Below, piece after piece: positions 19,982-31,674 of a stretch of DNA of 64,000 nucleotides. The stretch comes from a virus. The notes beneath the pieces were generated by a model, which worked only from the letters and a program-made list of their open reading frames with translations, made no database searches and was not told the origin of the DNA. The translations under genes were made by a program, and so were the position numbers. Each line of letters starts with the position of its first letter. The first letter of the stretch is position 1. The stretch is from IMG/VR virus record IMGVR_UViG_3300025913_000027, positions 19,933 through 83,932 of that record; one strand, given 5' to 3'.

Positions 19982-20134
19982 ATGGCTGAGACTGTGAACA
20001 CGTGTAAACCGTCGAGTTTACACAAGCGGCTCCAGCGTCAACTCGAAGGTATCGAGAAGCATCTGGAACAGTTCCCCAACGACAAGCTCAGTCAGGTCCG
20101 AGCATCCACGATCCGGGCCGAACTCAGCAAATAG
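19982..20134 (+). CDS. 50-aa hypothetical protein (not in ORF track)
   Basis: MAETVNTCKPSSLHKRLQRQLEGIEKHL...*, starts immediately after previous stop. Confidence 0.55.
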   Translation: MAETVNTCKPSSLHKRLQRQLEGIEKHLEQFPNDKLSQVRASTIRAELSK

Positions 20135-20238
20135 GCGCGACCGCGTATATCCCTGAGATATTCGCTGTCGCGTATTTTTGTGGCGCGCATGGGCGCGCTC
20201 CTTCGACATGATGTCGATGCGCGATGGAGGATACCCGC

Positions 20239-21048
20239 ATGAGCGGCAAAGTCGATGATCTAGCAGATTTGCTCGGCCCCGAACCGGAGGTCGAAAACCT
20301 TGTTGACGAGGCTCCAGCCACAGCTCCCGCATCTCGCCCGATGGGCGCGGAAAGCCGAGCCCTCCTAGAACGGTCGCGCACTTATCCAGTCAATCGCGCG
20401 GCCAAGAAGAACACCCCTGAAATGCTCCGCCGACTTTTGAGCTACGCCGCAGAGATGCCCGTGGGCACCACCGCCGCGCGTCGCGCTGGTATCTCCTACA
20501 CGACCCTCCGGTATTGGCTCCAGAAATCTCTCGAAGGAAAACCGGGGGATGGTTTCGATGTCGTCATGGGCGACGCTGACGAGAATGGCACTGAGGATAA
20601 CACAGAGCGGTTTCATATCGCATGGGACCGAGCGATGGAAATGGGCGTCGGTCTCGTGCAGGAAGCGACGATCAAGCGCGCCATGGGCTACGAAGAGGTC
20701 CTGACTTATCGAGGGCGCGTACAGTATCAGTACGACCCTGAGAAGTGCGCGCTATCGCGTGAACTCGGTCTTCCGGAATTTGTCCCTGAGAATTATCTGC
20801 TCGACGAGTTCGGTGCGCCCCGCCCGGAGACGGTCTGGAAGATCGACCCCGATCTTGCGATGTTCATCCTCAAGACGCACATGCCGGAGAAGTATGGCAA
20901 CAAGGCCAGCGTTGATGTCAACGTGCGCGGCGGAGTGCTCGTCGTCGGCGTGCGAGCGGCTACCTCGGAGGCTCTCAATCAGATCGAAGAAGAAAATCTT
21001 CGGGCCAAGCGACCGGCGGTCACGTTCGTTGAGGAGGACGACGAGTAA
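20239..21048 (+). CDS. terS: Terminase small subunit
   Basis: HTH (AARRAGISYTTLRYW), LAMFILK..MPEKYG motif, coupled to terL. Confidence 0.75.
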   Translation: MSGKVDDLADLLGPEPEVENLVDEAPATAPASRPMGAESRALLERSRTYPVNRAAKKNTPEMLRRLLSYAAEMPVGTTAARRAGISYTTLRYWLQKSLEGKPGDGFDVVMGDADENGTEDNTERFHIAWDRAMEMGVGLVQEATIKRAMGYEEVLTYRGRVQYQYDPEKCALSRELGLPEFVPENYLLDEFGAPRPETVWKIDPDLAMFILKTHMPEKYGNKASVDVNVRGGVLVVGVRAATSEALNQIEEENLRAKRPAVTFVEEDDE

Positions 21049-22631
21049 TGGGATTTCCGTGCGTAGCAGAGTTTCGACGAGAAGGCGCGGAGTACGTCCC
21101 GTATGTGCTGGACGACAACAATGTCCTGCGCGCGGTCGCGTGGGCTCCGCAGCCGGGATCACAAGAGCTATTCTTGATGGACCCCACGGTCGAGGTTCTC
21201 TACGAAGGAACGCGCGGCCCCGGCAAAACCGACGCGCTCATCATGGATTTCTGTCAGGAAGTCGGCAAGGGATGGGGCGCGGAGTGGAAGGGCATTCTCT
21301 TCCGACAGACCCATCCGCAGTTGCGCGACATCATTGAAAAATCCAAGAAGTGGATCAAGCGTATCTGGCCGGACGCGGTCTACAACGAAGTGAAGACGAT
21401 GTGGGAGTGGCCCACGGGCGAGCGCCTTTACTTCGCGCACTTCAACACGCCGAGCCAATACAGCGACTATCACGGCCACGCCTATCCATGGATCGGCTGG
21501 GAAGAATTGACGACGTGGGCGAACCCGGACTGCTACAAGGTCATGTTCTCGTGCTCGCGCTCGACCATCAAGGGCATGCCTCGTAAGGTACGCTCGACAA
21601 CGAACCCTTACGGCGTCGGCCACAACTGGGTCAAGTCCCGCTGGCGGCTGCCGATCAGCGGGATGATCAATGGCAAGCGCATCACGGTCGGGCCGCTCAT
21701 CACGGACAGCGTTGACCAAGATGGCAATCCCGAACCGCCGCGTCGCGCCATCCACGGCTACCTCGACGAGAACGTTCTGCTGCTGCACGCTGACCCCGGA
21801 TACAAGGGGCGCATCAAGGCCGCCGCACGAAACGCATCCGAACTCGCGGCGTGGATGGAGGGCTCGTGGGACATCGTCGCGGGCGGCATGTTCGACGACA
21901 TTTGGTATGAGTACCGCGATACGATTGTGATGGAGCCATTCGACATCCCACCGGGCTGGAAAATCTATCGGGCCTACGACCACGGATCGTCGAAGCCATT
22001 CTCGGTCGGCTGGTACGCGGTTAGCGATGGGACAGACTTCAAGCTGCGCGACGGGCGCACGCGCTCGACCGTGCGAGGCGACAAGTTCCGCTTCAAGGAG
22101 TGGTATGGTTGGCGCGGTCAGCCGAACGAAGGTTCGCGCATGCTCGTCGCCGACATCGCGAAGGGCATCATTGAGCGCGAGATCAAATGGGGTCTCCGCG
22201 CTGCCGACGCGTCGTGGACCCGCGTCAGCCGAGGACCGGCCGACAGTTCGATCTTCGACGACAACACGAACGGCTCCGATGTTTCGATTGCGACCGACTT
22301 CGAGAAGCCAGTCACGATCAACGGCGTCAAGCACCGGGGCATCTTCTGGGAGAAAGCCGACAAGGGGCCGGGCTCTCGCGAGCAAGGCTGGGAGCAAATC
22401 CGAAAGCACCTCAAGGCAACCAAGCGCCCGCCGGGCGGCTTCCGGGAAATCCCCGGGCTCTTCATCACGACCGAATGCCAACATTGGCTTCGGTGCGTTC
22501 CCGTGCTCCCGCGCGACGAGACTAAGATCGACGACGTTGACGACGACAGCGAAGACCATAACGGTGACGAGACGAGATATTTCCTGCGCTTCGAAGCGCC
22601 GACCATGCGGTCCGGGCGTGTAGGGGCTTGA
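21048..22631 (+). CDS. terL: Terminase large subunit
   Basis: PQPGSQ, Walker A GTRGPGKT, Walker B IGWEEL, STTNP coupling motif, nuclease YDHGSSKPF and EDHNGDETRY. Confidence 0.95.
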   Translation: MGFPCVAEFRREGAEYVPYVLDDNNVLRAVAWAPQPGSQELFLMDPTVEVLYEGTRGPGKTDALIMDFCQEVGKGWGAEWKGILFRQTHPQLRDIIEKSKKWIKRIWPDAVYNEVKTMWEWPTGERLYFAHFNTPSQYSDYHGHAYPWIGWEELTTWANPDCYKVMFSCSRSTIKGMPRKVRSTTNPYGVGHNWVKSRWRLPISGMINGKRITVGPLITDSVDQDGNPEPPRRAIHGYLDENVLLLHADPGYKGRIKAAARNASELAAWMEGSWDIVAGGMFDDIWYEYRDTIVMEPFDIPPGWKIYRAYDHGSSKPFSVGWYAVSDGTDFKLRDGRTRSTVRGDKFRFKEWYGWRGQPNEGSRMLVADIAKGIIEREIKWGLRAADASWTRVSRGPADSSIFDDNTNGSDVSIATDFEKPVTINGVKHRGIFWEKADKGPGSREQGWEQIRKHLKATKRPPGGFREIPGLFITTECQHWLRCVPVLPRDETKIDDVDDDSEDHNGDETRYFLRFEAPTMRSGRVGA

Positions 22632-22662
22632 CGCCGTTAACCATAACTGATAGAGGGACCCG

Positions 22663-23055
22663 ATGCAGCCATTGACTGAAAATTTTGAGAGACACGGCCC
22701 GAGCCCGGAGACTGTCCGGGTTCGGACATGGCGTCAATCTAATCCAGTCAAGAAGATGCTACAGAACGCGCGGTATCGTTGCGGCAAAACCGGCATGGCC
22801 TTCGATCTTGTCGAGGCTGACTTGCTCCCGCTGCCAACGCATTGCCCCGTGCTCGGCACTCGTCTCCGATATCTTGTCCCCGGTAGAAATCTTCTGAGCG
22901 CGGATCGATACGATTGCGCGTCACTTGATCGGAAGGATAACACGAAGGGCTATGTTCGCGGGAATGTCGCGATCATCAGCTTGAGAGCTAATTTGCTCAA
23001 GGGCAACGGCACCGCAGCCGAACATCGCGCGATAGCGCAATGGATGGAGACGTAG
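22663..23055 (+). CDS. HNH-type endonuclease
   Basis: CPVLG...SLDRKDNTKGYVRGNVAIISLRANLLK. Confidence 0.75.
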   Translation: MQPLTENFERHGPSPETVRVRTWRQSNPVKKMLQNARYRCGKTGMAFDLVEADLLPLPTHCPVLGTRLRYLVPGRNLLSADRYDCASLDRKDNTKGYVRGNVAIISLRANLLKGNGTAAEHRAIAQWMET

Positions 23056-23056
23056 C

Positions 23057-24763
23057 ATGGCACTCCCAGATAAACACCCCGAGTATGTTGAGCGCTTGGG
23101 AGAGTGGATACAGATGGCCGATACCTATGCGGGCGAGCGCGCTGTTAAGTCGAAGCGGCTCGACTACCTCCCCGCGACCGAGGGCATGGTGCAGGACGGG
23201 ATGACCACGCCGAACTCGCCGGGCTGGAAGGACTATGAGGCGTATCTGCTGCGCGCGTATTTCCATGACGTTGTCAAAGATGCCGTCAAGGCCATGGTCG
23301 GGATCATGCACAACAAGCCCGCCGTCATCAAGCTGCCCAAGCGGCTTGAGGGCATGATGGAGAAGGCGACGATCCAAGGCGAGGGGCTCCAGATGTTGCT
23401 CCGCCGGATCAATGTAGCGCAGCTCGTTTACGGCCGATGCGGACTGCTCGCCGATGCACCGCAAGGCGTGGATGTGGATAAGGCAACTCCCTACCTCTCG
23501 TTCTACGACCCTTTGCGGATCATCAACTGGGACGCGGGCAAGCTCAACGAGGGCCGGAACGAACTCGACCTCGTCGTGCTCGACGAAAGCGGGTATCGGC
23601 GCGAAGGCTTCACATGGAAGACCGAACGCAAATACCGTGTCCTGACACGTGGCGGAGAGCCGGAGCTGGAAAGCGGCTGGGAGCGTCCGCCTGCTGGAGC
23701 GCCCTACGGCGTCGCCATCAAAGTCAACGACACGAGTATGCCGATCCTTGAGGACTTCATCTATCCGAGTATCGGCGGTAAAATGCTTGACAACATCCCG
23801 TTCGTCTTCATCGGGGCGAACGATCTAGTACCCGAACCGGAAGTGTCCCCGCTTCTCGGCCTGTCCAATTTGGCGCTCGCGATCTATCGCGCCGAGGCGG
23901 ACTACCGACAGACCCTCTACTTGCAGGGCCAGAATACGCTCGTCGTGATCGGCGGCGCGATTGACGAAGCCGCCCCGACGCAACTGCGCGTCGGCAACAA
24001 AGGCGTCATTGACTTGAAGATCGGCGGCGACGCAAAATACATCGGCGTCTCGGCGGCCGGGCTCGGCGAAATGCGCCAGAGCTTGAAGAATGATCAGGAG
24101 GCGGCAGCCGCGCTGGGGGTTTCATTCTTGGATGTCGGCAATGCTCGCGGCGAAAGCGGCGAGGCGCTTCGCATTCGTGTGGCCGCGCGCACGACCACGA
24201 TCTCTTCGGTTGCCCAGTGCGCCGGAGCTGGACTTGAGCAAGTCCTCAAATACTGCGCGGAGTGGGTCGGTGAAGACCCCGAGGAAGTTTCGGTCGAGCC
24301 CACCACGGACTTTGCCGATCAGACTGTCGCTGGCGCTGCGCTGCTTGCGTTCATGCAGGCGAAGCAACTGGGTCTGCCACTGTCGTTGCGCTCTATGCAC
24401 CGCATGATGAAGCTTAACGACATGACGGAGATGGATTTTGAAGAAGAGAATGAGCAGATCGAAGAGGAAGCCGCGTCGATGCTCGGAACGATGGTTGGCC
24501 CGTTTCAGCAGTCGGTCACAGACGATACATTCTTGGATGAGGATGTCAGCCCTATCGCTGATCCTGCTGCGGGCACGCCCGGCGGAGCTATGCCTCCCGC
24601 ATCTCCGGAGGCCCCCGCCTCAACAGCGCCGCCCAATTCGAATGTTCCGATTAAGCCGAACAGTCAAAGTCCAAAGGGCCATACGCGTGGGTCACCTGTT
24701 CCGTTGAAGCGCAAGGTCGGCAAGAAAGGCGCGTCGGCCGGAAAGACGAAGGGCGGCGCGTGA
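23057..24763 (+). CDS. Portal protein (DUF4055-like)
   Basis: Follows terL; HPEY..., YLP, Y.AYL.RA, PLLGL.NL.LA.YR..ADY, ESGEAL motifs. Confidence 0.9.
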   Translation: MALPDKHPEYVERLGEWIQMADTYAGERAVKSKRLDYLPATEGMVQDGMTTPNSPGWKDYEAYLLRAYFHDVVKDAVKAMVGIMHNKPAVIKLPKRLEGMMEKATIQGEGLQMLLRRINVAQLVYGRCGLLADAPQGVDVDKATPYLSFYDPLRIINWDAGKLNEGRNELDLVVLDESGYRREGFTWKTERKYRVLTRGGEPELESGWERPPAGAPYGVAIKVNDTSMPILEDFIYPSIGGKMLDNIPFVFIGANDLVPEPEVSPLLGLSNLALAIYRAEADYRQTLYLQGQNTLVVIGGAIDEAAPTQLRVGNKGVIDLKIGGDAKYIGVSAAGLGEMRQSLKNDQEAAAALGVSFLDVGNARGESGEALRIRVAARTTTISSVAQCAGAGLEQVLKYCAEWVGEDPEEVSVEPTTDFADQTVAGAALLAFMQAKQLGLPLSLRSMHRMMKLNDMTEMDFEEENEQIEEEAASMLGTMVGPFQQSVTDDTFLDEDVSPIADPAAGTPGGAMPPASPEAPASTAPPNSNVPIKPNSQSPKGHTRGSPVPLKRKVGKKGASAGKTKGGA

Positions 24764-24924
24764 TGGCTGACGAGCAAGAGAGCGAAAATGGAGACCCGTG
24801 GCTCGACCAATTCTTGGCCGGGCAGGCGCGTAAGGAAGCGCGTGCTAACGCCACGGGCTGGTCAATTGTGATCGCGCTCGGGATCGCGGTGCTTCTCGTC
24901 ATTTTGTTAGCGAGCAAGCCGTGA
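24763..24924 (+). CDS. Small membrane protein (not in ORF track)
   Basis: MADEQES...WSIVIALGIAVLLVILLASKP*. Confidence 0.55.
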   Translation: MADEQESENGDPWLDQFLAGQARKEARANATGWSIVIALGIAVLLVILLASKP

Positions 24925-25172
24925 GTGATCCGGCTGGGCCGCACATCGTAAAAACCTTTCACGAGGCCATCGATATCCTCGACGCCTGTGAACCGGCGAT
25001 ACGGGACATGATCGAGACGCACTTGATGGATGTTGCCGGGATTAACAAGACACGGGTCAGCGATGCCATGCTGTCCCGTGACGAGCTGACGAAGCGCATC
25101 GTTGCGCTTCGTCATCACCACATCAAGGCGGCATTCCGCCATCTGAGAGAGCATCTACCCAGTGACATATAA
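24921..25172 (+). CDS. Hypothetical protein
   Basis: GTGA overlap, 83 aa. Confidence 0.6.
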   Translation: MSDPAGPHIVKTFHEAIDILDACEPAIRDMIETHLMDVAGINKTRVSDAMLSRDELTKRIVALRHHHIKAAFRHLREHLPSDI

Positions 25173-26151
25173 CCCCGCCCAACCCCGCAACAATCATGGC
25201 GAGTTCGGCACGACCGACGTAGCCTTGAAGGGGCCGCAACAAACTGGAGGCGCGAGTGCAGTCGTTACCGAACGGCCGATCAATGTTGCTGCTCACAAGG
25301 GGGCGACCACTCCCGAAGAGGCGCAGGCGCAAGCGGTCCTTGTCGCGGCTGGAGCAAAACCTCTTGATGGGTTACCTCAGAAGCCTATCGCGCTTGAAGG
25401 ACAGTGGTATGTTCCGGGACCAATCGGGCGGCTCCGCGACGCGGCCAGTGAGTATATGAGATCGGCCGGGCTGCCCTACAGCCCGCCAACCGAATACGCG
25501 AAGCTCGATAAGGAGCGGGCTGCACGGATCGCGACTGAGTACGACAACGAGAAAAACGACCCGACCGATCCGAAGGTGAAGGCGAGCTACGAGGCGATGG
25601 CCAAGGAAACTCTCGCGCAGTGGGAAGTGATCAAGAAGACGGGTCTTCAAGTCGAGTGGGTCAAGCCCGGGCAGAAGGACCCCTACGCCCTGTCGCCGCG
25701 TCTCGCGGCGATGGACGTGAGCGAGAACAACCATTGGTGGGGATTTCCCACGGACCTCGGGTACGGCTCCGGCGTCGGCGCGAGCGACATGAGCAAAGAC
25801 AATCCGCTGCTGCGACCGACCGGCGAAGTGATCGACGGGCGCAAGGTTGTCGTCAACGATGTCTTTCGCATCGTGCATGACATGATGGGCCATTTGAAGG
25901 AAGGCAATGGTTTCAGAGCCGAGGGCGAGGAAAACGCTTGGCGCTCCCATGCCGCGATGTATTCGGACCTCGCGCGTCCGGCGATGACGAACGAAACGCG
26001 CGGACAAAATTCGTGGGTCAACTATGGCCCGCATGGTGTGACCAACCGAACGGCTGACGCGGAGCATACGATCTTCGCTCCGCAGAAGATTGGGCTCATG
26101 CCAGACTGGACAGAGAACGAGGGTCGGATCGATGACAAACGCCCTCATTGA
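25162..26151 (+). CDS. Head-region protein with polyvalent-protein-like (zincin-like) domain; possible ejected protein
   Basis: N-terminal NPAQPRNNHGEFG; FRIVHDMMGH...GEENAW..H..MYS...ETRGQNSWVN. Confidence 0.65.
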   Translation: MTYNPAQPRNNHGEFGTTDVALKGPQQTGGASAVVTERPINVAAHKGATTPEEAQAQAVLVAAGAKPLDGLPQKPIALEGQWYVPGPIGRLRDAASEYMRSAGLPYSPPTEYAKLDKERAARIATEYDNEKNDPTDPKVKASYEAMAKETLAQWEVIKKTGLQVEWVKPGQKDPYALSPRLAAMDVSENNHWWGFPTDLGYGSGVGASDMSKDNPLLRPTGEVIDGRKVVVNDVFRIVHDMMGHLKEGNGFRAEGEENAWRSHAAMYSDLARPAMTNETRGQNSWVNYGPHGVTNRTADAEHTIFAPQKIGLMPDWTENEGRIDDKRPH

Positions 26152-26467
26152 GGAAGAACACGAGCACGACGGCGAGGCGTGGGCCAAGCACCGTATTCGG
26201 ACTGGACAGAAGAAGGTCCTGAAAATTCACGGGCACGAACTCGCGCGCTGGGCGAGGCACATCGCTGCTCAGGATGCCCAGCGCATCCACACTGCAATCA
26301 GCGTCGGCCTCACGGCTGGCGAGGATAACACGGATATCGCCCATCGCGTCATAGGCAGCCGCCGTAACAACGGCTCCAACGGCGTGACGGAGATCACGAG
26401 ACAGCACATCCTCCGCCTTGGTCGAGGACTGCTGCATAAGCGTAAATCCCGCATGAGCGGTGCCTGA
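26132..26467 (+). CDS. Short MuF/minor-head-like protein (N-terminal part only)
   Basis: RIHTAISVGLTAGE...IAHRVIGS...GVTEITRQH; position between portal and scaffold. Confidence 0.5.
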   Translation: MTNALIEEEHEHDGEAWAKHRIRTGQKKVLKIHGHELARWARHIAAQDAQRIHTAISVGLTAGEDNTDIAHRVIGSRRNNGSNGVTEITRQHILRLGRGLLHKRKSRMSGA

Positions 26468-26505
26468 GTGGATGTCCACTTAGGTAATTTCGGAGGACTA
26501 TCCCT

Positions 26506-27366
26506 ATGTTGAAAACAGTCTATGATACCGCCGAGGAAATCCCGGAGGGCTATGCGGACCTCTACAAGGAACGCAACGGCAAGTGGGAGCTGACTGGCAT
26601 CCAAGGCGTGAAAACGCAAGCGGATGTTGATCGCGTGCAAGCTGCGCTCGTGAAGGAGCGCAACGACCACAAAGCGACCAAGGCGCTGCTCGCGCCGTTC
26701 GAGGGCCTCGACCCCGATCAGATCACGGCCAACGCAACCGCGCTTGAAGAGGCCCGTGCTCAGTTGGACGCCATCAACAAGGATGGTCGGCTCGATGAGG
26801 CCAAGCTGGAGCCGATTATTGCGGCTCGCGTCAAGCAGGCTACGGCCCCGCTGGAGCGCGACAAGCAAAATCTGGAGCGCCAGCTCGAAGCGCAAAAGAA
26901 GGCCGTTGCCGAGAAGGACGGCGAGGTCACCTCCTTGAAGACTTCGATCACCACGGGCGAGATCACCCGGCAGATCAGTGACGCGGCGATCAAGGCCAAG
27001 ACACTGCCCTCCGCCGTGCAGGATGCTGTCCGTTATGGTAAGGACATCTTCGAGCGCACCGAAGATGGCCGCACCATCACCAAGGATGTCCCCGGCGTTG
27101 TCCCCGGACTGTCCCCGGATGAATGGTTGAAGGACATGATGGAAAAGGCTCCGCATTGGTGGCCTGCGTCTGTCGGCGGCGGCTCGCAGGGCGGCGGCCC
27201 CAACGGTCGGGGCGGTTACGGCGGAGCCAACAATCCTTGGTCGAAGGAAGGTTGGAACATGACCAAGCAGGGCGCTCTCGTGCGTCAGCTCGGCGAGGCG
27301 AAGGCGGCGGAGATCGCAGCCCAAGTCGGTGCCAAGATCGGCGATACGAAACCCGCCGCTGCCTGA
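26506..27366 (+). CDS. Capsid scaffolding protein
   Basis: LK..YDT.EEIPEGY.DLY.E N-terminus, coiled coil, SVGGGSQGG, C-terminal NNPWSKEGWNMTKQG. Confidence 0.85.
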   Translation: MLKTVYDTAEEIPEGYADLYKERNGKWELTGIQGVKTQADVDRVQAALVKERNDHKATKALLAPFEGLDPDQITANATALEEARAQLDAINKDGRLDEAKLEPIIAARVKQATAPLERDKQNLERQLEAQKKAVAEKDGEVTSLKTSITTGEITRQISDAAIKAKTLPSAVQDAVRYGKDIFERTEDGRTITKDVPGVVPGLSPDEWLKDMMEKAPHWWPASVGGGSQGGGPNGRGGYGGANNPWSKEGWNMTKQGALVRQLGEAKAAEIAAQVGAKIGDTKPAAA

Positions 27367-27390
27367 TCGAGGTTGCTAGTAGTATCAAAG

Positions 27391-27422
27391 GCGCGTCCCG
27401 ACTAATATCGGGGCGCGCTTTA
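27391..27422 (+). terminator. Intrinsic terminator-like hairpin after scaffold
   Basis: GCGCGTCCCGA/TCGGGGCGCGC followed by T-run. Confidence 0.5.
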
Positions 27423-27438
27423 ATATGGGAGATAATCC

Positions 27439-27780
27439 ATGGCCAATCCGTCGATCAAACGTACTTTCGGTCCTGTCGCGTTGTCGGCGACCTTGACCAC
27501 GAATGTCTACAATCAGAGTTCTGCTCTGATCTACGATATCATCAAGCACATCCACGTGGTCAACAAGACCGGCGGAGCCGTGACTTTCAGCTTGTGGCTC
27601 GGCGCGACCGGCGCGAATGCAGCAGGCACAGAGCTTTTCAGTGCTCACTCGGTTGCCGCGAACAGCGAGTTCGATTGGTATGGCAATCTGAAAATGCTCA
27701 GCACTGACTTCCTTGTCGGCGGCGCGAGCGCAGGCTCTTCGCTGACCATAACAGGCGAGGGAGAGCAATACGTCGTCTAA
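27439..27780 (+). CDS. Small beta-rich virion structural protein (head decoration candidate)
   Basis: Head module position, S/T/A/G-rich beta pattern, GGGAG SD. Confidence 0.6.
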   Translation: MANPSIKRTFGPVALSATLTTNVYNQSSALIYDIIKHIHVVNKTGGAVTFSLWLGATGANAAGTELFSAHSVAANSEFDWYGNLKMLSTDFLVGGASAGSSLTITGEGEQYVV

Positions 27781-27801
27781 CACAGAAGAGGCGTACTTGC
27801 T

Positions 27802-30308
<2,507 letters not shown>

Positions 30309-30365
30309 CGGATCAACATCCGTGTGCTACCGGAGCTATGGTTTAGTTAAGGAGTGTCCCCCGCA

Positions 30366-31490
30366 ATGCGTTTCCATGTTCTCGGCATTCCGCACACGAT
30401 CTCGACCCCGGAGTATTCGAGTTGTGCCTTTACCCAGAAGGTCGTCAAGCTCTGCAAGATGCTGATGATGGAGGGTCACGAAGTCTTTCACTATGGACAC
30501 TCCCAGTCGAAGGTCAGTTGCACAGAGAATGTTGTCTGCACGACGCCGCAGGACTTGAAAATTTCCTACCCGGGCCACGACTGGCGCAAGAGCGGTTTCC
30601 CCGACTACAAATTATCCGATCACTGCTATCAGGTGTTTTACTGTAGCGCGAAGGAAGAGATCGGTCGCCGCAAGCAACCCGGAGACTTCCTTCTCTGTCC
30701 GTTCGGAATGGGACACAAAGCGGTTGCTGACGCGCATCGGGATATGCTCGTGGTGGAGAGCGGCATTGGCTATCCGCACGGCACCTTTGCTCCGTACCGA
30801 GTTTTCGAAAGCTACGCGATCATGCACGCGTATCAGGGCACGGCGGCGGCAATCGACGCGCGCAATGATTTTTGGTATGACGCCGTGATCCCAAACTCTT
30901 TCGATCTCGACGAGTTTGATTTTTCGGATAGCTTCGATCTCCCCGACGATGAAGGCTATTTCCTCTTCCTCGGTCGGCAGAACTCAGGCAAAGGCCTGCA
31001 CATCGCTAAGCAGATTGCGGAAACGACAAAGACCAAGCTCGTCGTCGCTGGCCCCGGCCCGCTGGAGATGCCATCCGAATTTATCCAACCATTGGGCGTC
31101 GTCGGCCCGGCGAGGCGGCGAAAACTTCTGAGCCAAGCCAAGGCGACAATATGCGCCTCGACCTTTCTCGAACCATTTTGCGGAGTGCAGATCGAAAGCA
31201 TGCTCTCGGGCACGCCGGTCATCTCGTCGGACTGGGGCGCGTTTGCGGAGTATAACGTCCACGGCCAGACGGGTTACCGATGCAAGACTTTCGAGCAGTT
31301 CGTTTGGGCTGCAAACAATATCGGAGGGATTAAACGGCGGCAGTGTCGTAACTGGGCCATGAACTTTTCGCTGGAGAAAATCGCTCCGATGTACTCGGAC
31401 TACTTCCGCTCGGTGCAGGATATTTACGGCGGAAAAGGCTGGTATGAGACCCGCACGGATCGGCAAAATCTAAGCACGTCGAGCTTCTGA
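30366..31490 (+). CDS. Glycosyltransferase, GT4/GT-B fold
   Basis: FLFLGR...KGLHIA, EPFCGVQIESMLSGTPVISSDWGAFAE (E-x7-E motif). Confidence 0.9.
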   Translation: MRFHVLGIPHTISTPEYSSCAFTQKVVKLCKMLMMEGHEVFHYGHSQSKVSCTENVVCTTPQDLKISYPGHDWRKSGFPDYKLSDHCYQVFYCSAKEEIGRRKQPGDFLLCPFGMGHKAVADAHRDMLVVESGIGYPHGTFAPYRVFESYAIMHAYQGTAAAIDARNDFWYDAVIPNSFDLDEFDFSDSFDLPDDEGYFLFLGRQNSGKGLHIAKQIAETTKTKLVVAGPGPLEMPSEFIQPLGVVGPARRRKLLSQAKATICASTFLEPFCGVQIESMLSGTPVISSDWGAFAEYNVHGQTGYRCKTFEQFVWAANNIGGIKRRQCRNWAMNFSLEKIAPMYSDYFRSVQDIYGGKGWYETRTDRQNLSTSSF

Positions 31491-31674
31491 ATGGTTTCAA
31501 AATTCTAAACCGAACTTGCTAGTTGTTTTCCTCAATTGTGTGCGGTAATCTCTCGCCAACAATGCAGACGTTCTGACCCCGCATGTGCGAGCGCGTCGAA
31601 CCTCCTGCATCAGATTTTGCCAGAGACCTCCATGGGGAGGTGTGCTGAAAAGCCCTCATCCCTAGGAGAGTACC

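Noticed and set aside
1-20134. Stop-codon reassignment to explain the many short ORFs
   Set aside because: Core genes are full length in the standard code and use all three stops; short ORFs have their own SDs and overlaps
21168-22559. 463-aa minus-strand ORF and similar long antisense ORFs (25372..26187, 26269..27324, 61213..61992)
   Set aside because: Lie opposite clear genes; expected from GC-rich codon bias
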